64,000 bases of DNA from Hypanus sabinus (lineage: Eukaryota), in NCBI RefSeq assembly GCF_030144855.1, contig NC_082715.1, forward strand, positions 127,286,001 through 127,350,000, in the 5' to 3' direction. Positions within the stretch are counted from its first letter, which is position 1; each line of letters starts with the position of its first letter. The notes under the pieces were generated by a model that was not told the DNA's origin, searched no databases, and worked only from the letters and a program-made list of their open reading frames with translations. Made by a program: the position numbers and the translations under genes. Shown piece by piece: positions 12,240-23,649 of the stretch.

Positions 12240-13005
12240 TTTCAAAGTAAATTTATTATCAGAGTACATATACATCATCACATACAACCCTGAAATTCAT
12301 TTTCTTGTGGGCATGCTCAATAAATCTATAATAGAATAACAACCATAATAGAATCAATGAAAGACAACACCAACTTAGGTGTTCAATCAGTATGAAAAAG
12401 ACAGCAAACTGTGCAAATCCAGAAAGAAAAGAAGAAAAAATAATAAATAAACAAACAATAAACATTGAGAAAATGAACTGAAGGGTCCTTAAAAATGAGC
12501 CCATAGTTTGTGGGAACATTTCAGTAATGGGGCAAGTGAAGTTATTTCCTTTGGTTCAAGACCCTGATAGTTGAGGGGTGGTAACTGTTCCTTCACTTAG
12601 TGGTGTGGGTCCTGAGGCTCCTGTACCTTCTTCCTGATGGCAGCAGTAAGAAGAGAGCATGTCCTGGGTGGTGGGAGTCCCTGATAATGCGTGCTGCATT
12701 CCTGTGACAATATTTCATGTACATCTGCTCAGTGGTGGGGAGAGCTTGACTTGTGATGGACTGGGTCATATCCACTACTTATTGTAGGATTTTTCATCCA
12801 AAGACAGTGGTGTTCCCATATTAGGCTGTGTTTCAGCCAGTCAATATACTCTCCACTGCTCATCTATAGAAGTTTGTCAGAGTTTTAGATGTCATGCTGA
12901 ATCTTTGCAAACCCAAAGGAAATAGAGGCGCTGCTGTGCTTTCTTTGTAATTGCCCTTACATCTGGGCCCAGGACGGGTCCTCGGAAATGATAGCACTGA
13001 GGAAT
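12240..13005 (-). mobile_element. Rex1/Babar LINE 3' fragment
   Basis: ORF 12593..12775 IIRDSHHPGHALFLLLPSGRRYRSLRTHTT plus 3' UTR. Confidence 0.85.
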
Positions 13006-13011
13006 TTAGTG

Positions 13012-13118
13012 TCATGGATTTACCTTACACTTTCCTGAGAAAGCAGATGCCCCAGATTAAACCCCTCACTGAAGGGCAACACTTGCACCAGTACAGCACT
13101 TCTTCAGCACAACACCGG
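13012..13118 (-). mobile_element. DeuSINE/SacSINE-type ancient SINE fragment
   Basis: Reverse complement resembles 26040-26135 and 39335-39450 (gagggagtgctgcactg...ttaaaccgaggccc-type core, recalled from memory). Confidence 0.45.
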
Positions 13119-13122
13119 TTAC

Positions 13123-13162
13123 TTTCGTGTCCCGGCTGCTGAGGAAATGCAGGCTTTTCGAT
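13123..13162 (-). CDS. Candidate 40-nt exon (RKACISSAAGTRK)
   Basis: tttctttccgctctag| acceptor, |gtaacc donor; one frame joins in phase to 9825-10038. Confidence 0.2.
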
Positions 13163-13394
13163 CTAGAGCGGAAAGAAATACCAGCTGAGCCACACTAAGC
13201 TCAGAGTTCGAAGTAAATTAATTATCAAATTCATTTTCTTGTAGGCATTCACCGCGAACACAGTGAACAGAAATAGAATCAATGAATTCCACACAAGGTG
13301 GACAAACAACCAACGTGAAAATATAAAACAAAAAAAACTAAATAATAATAAGTAAATAAGCAATAAACATTGAGAACATCAGAATTAGAATCAA

Positions 13395-13850
13395 AAGGTC
13401 AATAACTTTAAATTTCATGATGTTATAATTTCAAAGGACTTGGCATTGGTCCAGCATGTAAGTGGCATTAAAGAGAAGGCATGGCAATAGCTTTATGCTC
13501 TTTGATGTTTGCAAAGATGTGGCACGTCATCTAAAACACTGGCAAACATCTATAGGTGTGCAGTGGAGAGCATACTCACAGCCTGGTAAGGAAACAGCAA
13601 TGCCCTTGAACAGAATACCCTACAGAAAGTAGTGGACATGGCCCTATCCATCATGAATAAAGAGCTCTCTTCCACTGAGCACATCTACACGGATCGTTGT
13701 GGCTGGAAAGCAGCATCCGTCATCAAGGACCTCAAACATTCAGGCCATTCTCTCTTCTTGCTGCTGCTATCCGGAGCCACAGGACCTACAGTGCCCCTTT
13801 CTGGAGAAGATATTACCTCTCAGCCATCAGGCTCTTGAACCCAAGGGGAT
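13395..13850 (+). mobile_element. Rex1/Babar LINE fragment
   Basis: KAASVIKDLKHSGHSLFLLL motif. Confidence 0.75.
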
Positions 13851-13939
13851 AATGGTGCTGTGATGCCATTCAGTCAGATTTTCTATCTCTTTCTCTATGC
13901 TGATGCGTTTGATTTGGTGTACCTGGTAGGGTTCTGAAA

Positions 13940-15135
13940 ACCTGTGCCAACCGACCAGCTAGACTGTTCCAGGACACCTTCAATCTCTCTCTGCTACAAT
14001 TGGAGATCCCACCTGCTTCAAAAGGGCAACAATCATACCAGTGCCCAAGAAGAGTAGGGTGAGCTGCTTCAATGGCTATCGCCTAGTGGCACTCGCATCT
14101 ACCGTAATGAAGTTCTGTGAGGTTGCTCGTGGCTAGAATCAATTCCAGTCTAAGCAAGGACCTACATGGATCTGGTGGAATTAGCCTATTGCCACAACAG
14201 GTCTATGATGGATATAATTTCACTAACTCTCCACTTGGCTTTGGATCACCTGGGCAAACCCCAAGCCTCTGTACCTCCCAGACCACAGTCTGTACGGATC
14301 AGAAATACCATCTCCTCCTTGCTGACAATCAATGCTGTTGTACCTCAAGGATGCGTGCTTAGCCCACTGCTCTAACCTCTCTACATCCATCTCCGTTTGT
14401 CCAGGCATGGCTCAAACACCGTCCGTAAATTTGCTAGTGTCACAATTATTGTTGGTAGAATTTCTGATAATGACAAGGAGGCATACATGAGTGAGGCAGA
14501 TCTGATTGGGTGGTGTCACACCAATGACCTTGCACTCAAAGTCAGTACGCCCATGGAATTGATTGTGGAATTCAGGGAGGGTAAGAAAAGGGAACATACA
14601 TCAGTCCTCATCGAGGGATCAGCAGTGGAAGGGGTGAGCAGATTCAAGTCCCTGGGTGTCAACATCTCTGAAAGTTTATCCTGGGCCCAGCATATTGAGA
14701 AGACTTGTTATGTCACTAAAGACACTTGCAAATTTCTACCGTGGAGAGCATTCTAACTGGTTGCCTCACTGTCTGGTGTGGAGGGTCCACTGCACGGGAT
14801 TGGAAAAAGCTGCAGAAAGTTGTAAACTCAGCCAGCTCAATCGCAGGCACTAGCCTCCCCAACACTGAGGACACCTTCAAAAGGCAATGATTCAGATACA
14901 CAGCATCAGTCATAAAGGACCCACATCACCCAGGCTATGCCCCCTTCTCATTGCTACCATCAGCAAGGAGGTACGGGAGCCTGAAGACATGCGCTCAACA
15001 TTTCAGGAACAGCTTCTTCCCTTCCGCCATCAGATTTCTGAATGGACAATGATCCCATGAACACTTCCTCAGTATTTTCCCTCTCTTTTTGCACTACTTA
15101 TTAATTTGTTTTTCTTATTGTATTTCATATTTATA
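13940..15135 (+). mobile_element. Decayed Rex1/Babar LINE (RT); tail resumes at about 16360-16410
   Basis: PQGCVLSPLL, KFA..TIIVGRIS, FK.LGVNISE.LSW motifs with frameshifts. Confidence 0.85.
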
Positions 15136-15137
15136 TT

Positions 15138-16358
15138 GCCTACCGGGCAAATAGGTCAGTAGACGATGCAGTCAACCTGGGACTGCACTATATCCTGCAA
15201 CATCTGGATCGTCCTGGGACCTATGCTCAGATGCTGTTTGTGGATTTCAGTTCGGCGTTTAACACCATCGTCCCTCATACCCTCTGCTCCAAATCGTCTC
15301 ACCTCACTGTGCCACCTGACCTCTGCGATTGGATTTACAGCTTCCTGACCAACAGAAGTCAGCAGGTAAGGATGGGACAGGTCACCTCAGATACTCGAAT
15401 CACCAACACCGGCGCCCCCCCAGGGGTGTGTCCTCTCTCCACTGCTGTTCTCCCTCTACACCAATGACTGCATCTCCTCCAACCCCTATGTGAAGCTTTT
15501 GAAGTTTGCAGACGACACCACCGTCATCGGACTCATCCAGAACAGTGATGAATCTGCATACTGACAGCAGGTGGACCAACTGGCGCTCTGGTGCAGTCGG
15601 AACAATCTGGAGCTGAACACGCTCAAGACAAAGGAGATGATAGTGGACTTCAGGAGACATCCCCCCGTTATGTCCCCCCTCACAGTCCTCGGCAGCCCTG
15701 TGTCCACTGTGGAGAACTTCAGGTTCCTGGGAACCACCATCTCTCAGGATCTGAAGTGGGAGCAGAACATCAGCTCCATCCTGAAGAAGGCCCAGTAGCG
15801 GATGTACTTCCTGCAGCTCTTGAGGAAATATGATCTGCCTCAGGAATTGCTGCTGCAGTTCTATACTGCAGTCATTGAGTCTGTCCTGTGCACCCCCATC
15901 ACTGTGTGGTTTGGAGCCACCACCAAGCAGGATAGAACCAGACTACAGCGCACAGTGAGGACTGCCGAGCGCATCATTGGAGCCTCCCTGCCCTCTATTG
16001 TGGACCTGTACTCTTCCAGGTTGAAGAAGAGGGCGGGGAACATCATAAAGGACTCCTCCCATCCTGCGCACGGACTGTTTGAACTGCTTCCGTCTGGTAG
16101 GCGCTTCAGATCCCTCCAGACTAAGACTAATATGCACTGGAGAAGTTTTTTCCCTACTGCGGTCACTTTGCTGAACAGTTAACTGCCGGTTAACTGTCGG
16201 CTAACTATTACTTGGATTGCACTACCTGTATGTATAATCTATATTTTCATTTATATTTATCATTATTATTGTTATGAGCAGAGAGACAACATCTGCCGGA
16301 AGTAAATTCCTTGTATGTGCACAGGTACTTGGCGATTAAAGTCTGATTCTGATTCTGA
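15138..16358 (+). mobile_element. Young 5'-truncated Rex1/Babar LINE nested in the older copy
   Basis: Near-continuous RT (AYRANRSVDDAVN..LFVDFSSAFNTI, GAPxGC, LLKFADDTTVIG, LFELLPSGRRFRSL) with few stops and one frameshift; ends attaaagtctgattctgattctga. Confidence 0.93.
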
Positions 16359-17239
16359 TATTCATATTATAATTATGCTACAAAACAACAGATTTTATGA
16401 CATATGCCAGTGATATTAAACCTAATTCTCTCTCTCCACCTCTGATCCCATGATGAAGACTGGCTCATGGACATCTGTAGTCAATGATGAACTCTGTGGT
16501 TTAACTGACACTGAGGAAGAGATTATTGTTGCGGCACCACTCAGCCAGATTTTCAATCTCCCTCCTATATGCCGATTCGTCACCACCTTTGATTTCAGCA
16601 ACAAAAGTGGTGACATCAGCAAGCTTGACTATGGCATTGGAACATAAACACGACAAGGGAATACATGAGCATGCTGTTAAAGATATTTGTGCAGTTGCTA
16701 GTGCTTTGGGCGATTGTTCCAATCTCAAATCCCACCACAGAATCAGTAGTGCTTATGTTCAAATAATTAAACAAAACTAGAATAAATGTTACTATAAATA
16801 TTGGAGAACTATAGATTTCTGTTAAAAATCCTCTTGACGCACTAAATTCTTCAGGACAGAAGTCTTTCCCTAGCTAATGTGGCCTCTTTTTAACTCCAAA
16901 CCCATCAGTCTGGTTGACCCTCTGAATTAGCCCAGACACTCAGTTAAGGGGACATGAAGGGATAGAACATAGAACACGTCAGCACAGAAAGAGGCCTTTC
17001 AGCCCATTATATTTGCACCAGACACAGTAAGGAACTCAGCTTCATCTCTTCTGCCTCTACGTGAACCGTATGTATCCTCTTATCTATCTAACAGCCTCTT
17101 AAATATCACTGTCATATGGTTTACACCTCTGCCCTTGGCAGTGGGGCAGGGAAGGGTGAAAAAGCAATCAAACCGGGACATGATGAATGGAGGTAGGAGG
17201 GGCTGTAGATGACCAAATATGATAGCAATGTACGGCTCC

Positions 17240-17490
17240 ATCAGTCAATCATCCCCTCACCTGAATCCACCTATTGCTTGCCAGCTCTTGCCCCAACCCT
17301 CCCTCTCACCTCTTTTTTACTTTCTTCATCTCTTTTCACCTCTATCAACCTCGACCCCTCCAGTCCAGATGAAGGGTCCAAACCCAAAACATTGACTGTG
17401 CATCTCCCTCCACGGATGCTACCTGACTCACTACATTCCTCCAGCAGATCGGTTTTTGCTCTAAGTTCCAGCATCTGCAATCTCTTATGT
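17240..17490 (+). mobile_element. Penelope-like element terminal repeat (degenerate)
   Basis: cagtccagatgaagggtccaaacccaaaacattgactg...gatgctacctgac...ttccagcatctgca, the family terminus seen many times in the window. Confidence 0.6.
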
Positions 17491-17962
17491 CCTGGCAGTT
17501 CAGGGGACCCTCCCTTTATGGTCTCCTTCCATTACTCTCTCACTTCTTACAGATCTAGATTGCCCCAGTGTCCCTCAGAAAGTTGGGCTAGAGAGAGCAC
17601 AGTTGACTGTTGCAGGACACAGGATCCCACAAACAGTAAGATGCCAGTCAAGGACCTTATTCCCCACCACCCCTGTATGATATTGATTAATGTTGGGCAA
17701 GATAACAGCCTCCTCCTTTATAAGCTTAGATACATGGTGTTGAAGTAACTGGCATCTCAGATAATAGAATAACTAAAATATCTGGGCCCAGAACGCATGC
17801 ACCCTTACATCTCAAAGGTTCCTTGTATTTTACTTTGCCCCTGTCGCCCACATTGTTCTGAAGCTTATATTTTTAACACAGAATTGGCTTATCAGTTACG
17901 GTTATTGATTATTGTAAATTGTATATGCTGCAGTTCCTTACCTGCAAGATCAAACTCTATTC

Positions 17963-18170
17963 ACAATAGAAGTCAATCAAAACTTCAAGCAAACAGCCGA
18001 AGATCTTTTGAAGTTAGTAAGGACAATAGAGGTGTTGAAGTCAGTTGAAACATCGAGTAGACAGCTGGTGATATTTTGAAGCTAGTGAAGACAATAGAGG
18101 CATTGAAAGTCAATTGAAGCTTCAAGCAGACAGCCAAAATGATGTTCTAAAGCTAGTAGGGACAATAGAG
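17963..18170. repeat. Diverged tandem repeat, about 3 units of 60-71 bp
   Basis: acaataga anchor at 17963, 18023, 18091 and 18162 with shared aagtca..ttcaagcagacagc..gaagctag internal motifs. Confidence 0.8.
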
Positions 18171-19079
18171 CCTTAGATATTGGGTAGGATTCATATCCTT
18201 CTGCTATGGTGTCTGCCTCTGACACCATCGATTTTGTAAAGGGATGCTATGTTTTAGGAAGATCTTTCTGGAAAAGTCTCTCTACAGAGAGATTCATTTG
18301 CCTTGAACATACACTATCTCATCTGTCCTAAGCAGAGGCATCTCTGGGAGTCTCACTTCAAAGGGCTTGCTTGACTACAACTGCCCCAGGCTACCTTTAC
18401 ATTACCACGACTTCCACAAGGACCCTTTGATATTCCCCCAGGAGATTCAGTTTAATTCCAGTCTCTTAAGAATACAACTCCCACAACATTGCAGCATTAA
18501 CCTAGCTCTCGGACAAAATCTTCAGAAAGAAGAATTTAACCACTTGACCTACTCCCTCAGAGCCAAGTGTCCTACATGCTGAGCCATGGCTGATATGTGA
18601 CAATAGGATGCATTTTCCCCTCAGTATCCTATGTTGTAATCTTGTTTGTCTGCAATCAGAACAATGGCATGGTACACAAAGACTTTTTGCTTCACAGCAA
18701 GCCGGTGCAGAATGATTTGCCTAACATAATAGTCCTACAGGTATCAGGAAAGACATATCGGTTCTGAATGACATTTTAAAAAGTCACACTGTCAGATTGC
18801 ACTCCCCCAGTACAATAGACTCTGATTTGAATGCTGCTGACATCTCCAGCCCAGGATTGCTTGGGCAGCTATTATGACTCGGTTTCAGTTCCTGCTGAGA
18901 GACCCAAATCTGGGTGTTTTACTCCATATCACCATAATAAAGCTCATGCTAGCATTTTGCAAATGCTTAAAGCAGCCCAATGCTGTTTGAACACCCCTAC
19001 TGACCTAATGGTTGCAGAGTGAGCTTTTGCTGGCATCATTTGCTGCTAATTGGTAACAAGCTTCCCTCGGAGACAGACG

Positions 19080-19710
19080 GATCAGTGACAGAGTGGTGTG
19101 GGTTGAACTACTGCCTCACAGCTCCAGCAACTTGCTTTCATGCTGTTATTTATTTGTTTATTTTATTTACCGATAGATCGCAGAGTAGGTCCTCCGACCC
19201 TTGTCACTCCAGCAGCCTCGTGACACCAGCTCATCCTAACCCAATCACAGGACAATTTTCAATACCCAGTATGCCGTTGGACCGAGAGAGGAAAACCCAT
19301 GCATTCCATGAGGAAAATGTACGGATGTTCCCTACAGAATGGCATCGGAATTGAACTCTGAGCTCTGAACTCCTGAATGCTACAAGCGGTAATTGAATCG
19401 CGCTAACTGCTAAGTTACTGTGGCGTGTCAGGGAGTTCTCATGATCTGTCTGGGACTTTGTAGCTTTCCTCCAGGTGCTCTGGTTTCCTCTTACACCCCA
19501 AAAATAAGTGGTTTGGTAGGTTAATTGTGCACAGTATATTTCTCTCTAGATTGCCTCTAGTGTGTAGGCAGGAATACAATTGGGGGAAACATTGATGGGG
19601 ATGTGGAGCAAATGAATGATTTAGGCCAGGATAGGTGTAAAAATTGCTGCTCGCTGGTCAGATTTGAATTGGTGAGCCAAAAGGCCTGTTTCCACATTGT
19701 ATCTGTGCAG
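19080..19710 (+). mobile_element. HE1-type SINE with an opposite-strand SINE inserted at about 19150-19425
   Basis: cactgcctcacagctccag-type head, ccaggtgctctggtttcctc core, gggccaaaaggcctgtttcc-type tail. Confidence 0.6.
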
Positions 19711-20199
19711 ATTAACACATGGGATTGTGATATTAATTCTATTATGGAGACATTGTCCAGAGATGGGCAGGAGCTGCTGCACAATATTTGGGGATGGGGG
19801 TTGAGGTAAGAGAGGAGAGGGTGTTTCACCATTAAATAGAGAGAACATCATAGCAGTACTTGGAAAGGATATCCTAGGAGGAGCGTCCGTGGGGGCCATA
19901 TGGGTAGAACTGTGAAAGGGATGAGTACTTTGTTGGGATTATACCCTGGGTCCCCCAAATGTCTATGTGAATTGTAGGAAACCACAGATAGGAGCAGGAA
20001 TAATGGGGTAGTATTGACAGATGACTTTCCCTTATATTGCTTGGGACTGCCAAGGGATGAGATGGGCTCAAATTTGCTCAGCATGTTCAAGAATGTTTTC
20101 TGAAGTAAGATGTAGATGAGCCTGTAGGATAACGTAACTGGGAGAAATGTACATAATTCACAACCACCAATATTGAGATGGGGCTGCATTTTATGAGGC

Positions 20200-22430
20200 T
20201 GATCTGACATGATGACATTGCAATGTTAAGATTGTTAATGCGCCTTTCTGTTTCACTTTTGGAGTTCAATAAAACGTGTTAAGGGTTTCCTCAAACATAA
20301 AATGCCTCACTTTGTTTTACTTGTAAAAGCCTATATTGGTAACCCTGATGCTCCAGGATGATCCCAGAGTTATTGATCATGCCGGCCAACCCAGTCACTA
20401 TCAAACTGCCAGAGTTTTAGGAGCAAATTGCCTTCATTTGGTTTGTACAAGGTGAGGCTCAACTTGCACTGTGAGAAATCTCCGCCAACAGCACCAAATT
20501 CTACTATGTGGTAGCATCGCTCAGCAATTCCACAGCAGTGAGAATGGTGATTTTGCTTGAACACCCATCTGAACATGACATATACCCATCGCTGAGAACT
20601 CACCTTTTTACAAACTTCTGAGTTATTGGTGCCTGAGCATTTGCTCTCCTCATCCGGTCTTGGTGAAGCTGAGCCTTTGGAGATAATGGACCACATATCG
20701 TCCCTCCCAGGAAATTACCACCCTTGTTTCATTGTTAAAGAACGCTTCATGCAGCAAATGCCTGATCAAGTTCACATAGCCCTCCCTAATGCACCTGTGA
20801 AGGACGACAGGGAACTTGCAAAAATGGCCGATAGTCTACACTCAGCTAGGTGGCATTGCATCATTACTCCTCCTTGCCCGGTCAGCAAGGCCCCCAACAT
20901 AAGGACACCCGTGACTGTAAAACAGACAATGCCAAGTCTGCATTTTTACCACACTTGCTTTGGTAGGAACACTTGGAAATGCTGACCGCCTTGCAGCTTC
21001 AACAGTGCTGGCGCATTGGGACCACAGAGGTCTGTAAACACCATGAGTTCCAGTTGCTGGGGTCATCTACTGCTCATTACATACACCCTTTCAGGGTGGC
21101 CTTTCCTGTGTGACTTGTGTGTTCAGCCAGCATCACCTATTGATCAGAAGGCAAAGAGCAATGAAACCTCACTGGAGGCCGCCAGCGGCAGGGTCTACAT
21201 TGATGGGACACAACAAATGCTTCAGTGGGCGACATTACACATGGGACTTTGTCATGGCTGAAGTTGCTAGACCTCTAGTTGGTGTAGATTTCCTGCGTGC
21301 CCCAAGGACCATCTTAATAACTGCCAGCTTATGGATGTCAAGGACTTTGGGTTATTACTCTGCGCGCCCCCCCCCCACCACCAGTAAGCTCCCCGCAACA
21401 ACTCTGTCAAGCACATGCATCACCGCATGTGAGTTTACTCGACTGCTGGGTGAATTCCCAAACCTCAGCAAGCCCACGTTCTCCACTGCAGTCACAAAAC
21501 TTCGGATCGAGCACCACGTTCCCACAGCTGACCCATACGCAGAGACTGGACCCAGAAAAGCTGGCAAACACAAAGGCTAAGTTTGCCACCATGGAAAGAC
21601 TCAGAATTGTACGCCAGTCCAAAAGCCCCTGGGCTTCACCCCTCCATATGGTCTCTAAGTCCTATGGTGGCTGTCGCCCATACGGTGATTGCTGACACCT
21701 TAACAAGGCCTCAACCCCCGATCGTTACCCGATCCCACACACCTAAGACTTTTCGGCACGTTTAGCTGGGAAGTTAATTTTTTCCGAAGTCAATCCAGTT
21801 AGGGGCTAACATCTGGTGGCTGTTTGCATGGGGGACATTCCCAAAACATCTGTGATAACCCCATTCAGCCTTTTTGAGTTTCTGCGCATGTCATTTGAAC
21901 TGAAAACTGCAGCACAGACTTTCCAGCGGCAGATGGACTCTATTAAAAGATTTAGATTTTCTTTTTGTTTACCTGGATAACAAACTTGTCGCCAATGTGT
22001 CCAAATCCGGACACCTATCTTCGCACACTTCTCAAGCTCTTAAGCCAACGTGGTTTGATTATTAACCCCGCTAAGTGCCAGTTTGGTTTGTCAGCCATTG
22101 ACTTTCCACAGAAGATGTGAAAAGTAGCCACTATTATGGATTACCCACCACCCTGCACTCCAAAAAATCTACAGGAGTTTTCAGGTATCGTAAATTTCTG
22201 TCAATGCCTCATTCCATAAGCTGCTGAACTTATGCTCCCCCTGTGTAGTGCACTTAAAGGCAATACCCCTAATGAAGAGCTTGACTGGTCAGTGGACATA
22301 ACCAGGGCAGTCGATGATACCAAACGAGCTCTGTCTAACAAGACCCTAATGGTACACCCCTCCCCATGCACCTATAAATTACTACTGATGCCTAAGGTAT
22401 GTGGCAACCACTCCCCTTCTTCATCCAGCA
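20200..22430 (+). mobile_element. Decayed Gypsy/Ty3 LTR retrotransposon (5' LTR remnant, PBS, gag, protease, RT, start of RNase H)
   Basis: gag IKLPEF..WFVQ.EAQ..KFYYVV; GVDFL; SPWASPLHMV.K..GG.RP.GD; DRYPIP; IPKTSVITPF.LFEFLRM; FVYLDN; tggtaaccctgatg at 20337 resembles a tRNA-Trp PBS. Many stops and frameshifts. Confidence 0.9.
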
Positions 22431-22470
22431 GGTAGGTAGGTAGGTAGGTAGGTGTGTGTGCATGTGAGAG

Positions 22471-22750
22471 NNNNNNNNNNNNNNNNNNNNNNNNNNNNNN
22501 NNNNNNNNNNNNNNNNNNNNNNNNNNNNNNNNNNNNNNNNNNNNNNNNNNNNNNNNNNNNNNNNNNNNNNNNNNNNNNNNNNNNNNNNNNNNNNNNNNNN
22601 NNNNNNNNNNNNNNNNNNNNNNNNNNNNNNNNNNNNNNNNNNNNNNNNNNNNNNNNNNNNNNNNNNNNNNNNNNNNNNNNNNNNNNNNNNNNNNNNNNNN
22701 NNNNNNNNNNNNNNNNNNNNNNNNNNNNNNNNNNNNNNNNNNNNNNNNNN
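22471..22750. other. Assembly gap (280 N)
   Basis: N run, preceded by a (GGTA)n/(GT)n microsatellite. Confidence 1.
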
Positions 22751-23605
22751 GTTGATTGGAAGAGACTGTAGGCAGGTAAAGGGATTCTGATACACGCTTA
22801 TCTTTCTAACTGTGAGGCAGGGAATGTTCAGGGCTAGAATGTCCCTGTTAGAGTGAAGGACATGACTGACAGGATTAGGGCACCCTGGTCAACAAGAGAT
22901 ATTCAAGTTCAGTTTATTGTTCAATTTTACACATGTTTGCTGCCAAATGAAACAACATTCCTCCCCACCAAGGTGCACAACAAAGTACATATATCTCACA
23001 CTCATAACACATAAAGTAATATTACCACCATCAAATTAACAAACAATATTGAGATTCCATTCAGAAAAAAGGAGGGTTATGTCAGGTATACACAAACTAA
23101 TATGAAGTGAATCCCTTGGGGTGAATAATGAATATTAGGGGTACAGAGTATAAGAGACCCCTTTTGCCCTGAACATTCTCTCTTCTCTCCCCTCCCATTG
23201 GGAGGAAGATGCAAAATCAAGAAAGCACCAAGCTCAAGGGCAGCTTCTACTCTACAAAGCTGTTGAATAGTCCCCTAGTATGATAAATTGGATTCATGAC
23301 ATCACAATCTACCCTGTTATGGCCTTGCACTACTGACAGCCTTCACCTCACTTTCTCTGTAACCGTAACACTCTATTCTGCATTCTGTTACTGATTTTGC
23401 CTTGTACTACCTCAATGCACTAATGTGATGAAATGGTCTGTGTGCAAAACTAAAATTTTCTCGGTACCTTGGTAAATAGGCCAGTTATAAACTAATTTTC
23501 AATTTCACAGACGCGAGAAAATCTGCAGATGCTGGAAATTCAAGCAGCACACACAAAGTGCTGGTGGAACGCAGCAGGCCAGGCAGCATTTGTAAGGAGG
23601 AGTAG

Positions 23606-23641
23606 AATCGACGTTTCGGGCCAAGACCCTTCGTCAGGATT
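23606..23641 (-). ncRNA. Minimal type I hammerhead ribozyme motif in a Penelope-like terminus (about 23505-23641)
   Basis: Minus strand reads AAUC-CUGACGA-A-GGG(ucuugg)CCC-GAAAC-GUC-GAUU: stem I AAUC/GAUU, intact CUGANGA and GAAA core, GUC cleavage triplet. Confidence 0.6.
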
Positions 23642-23649
23642 TACCAAAC

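Noticed and set aside
17209-17748. 179-aa ORF (and similar ORFs at 54234-54731 and 40344-40719)
   Set aside because: Largely read through pyrimidine-rich Penelope-like terminal repeats, which are stop-poor.
22421-22795. ORFs spanning X runs (also 58383-58804)
   Set aside because: Artefacts of N gaps.
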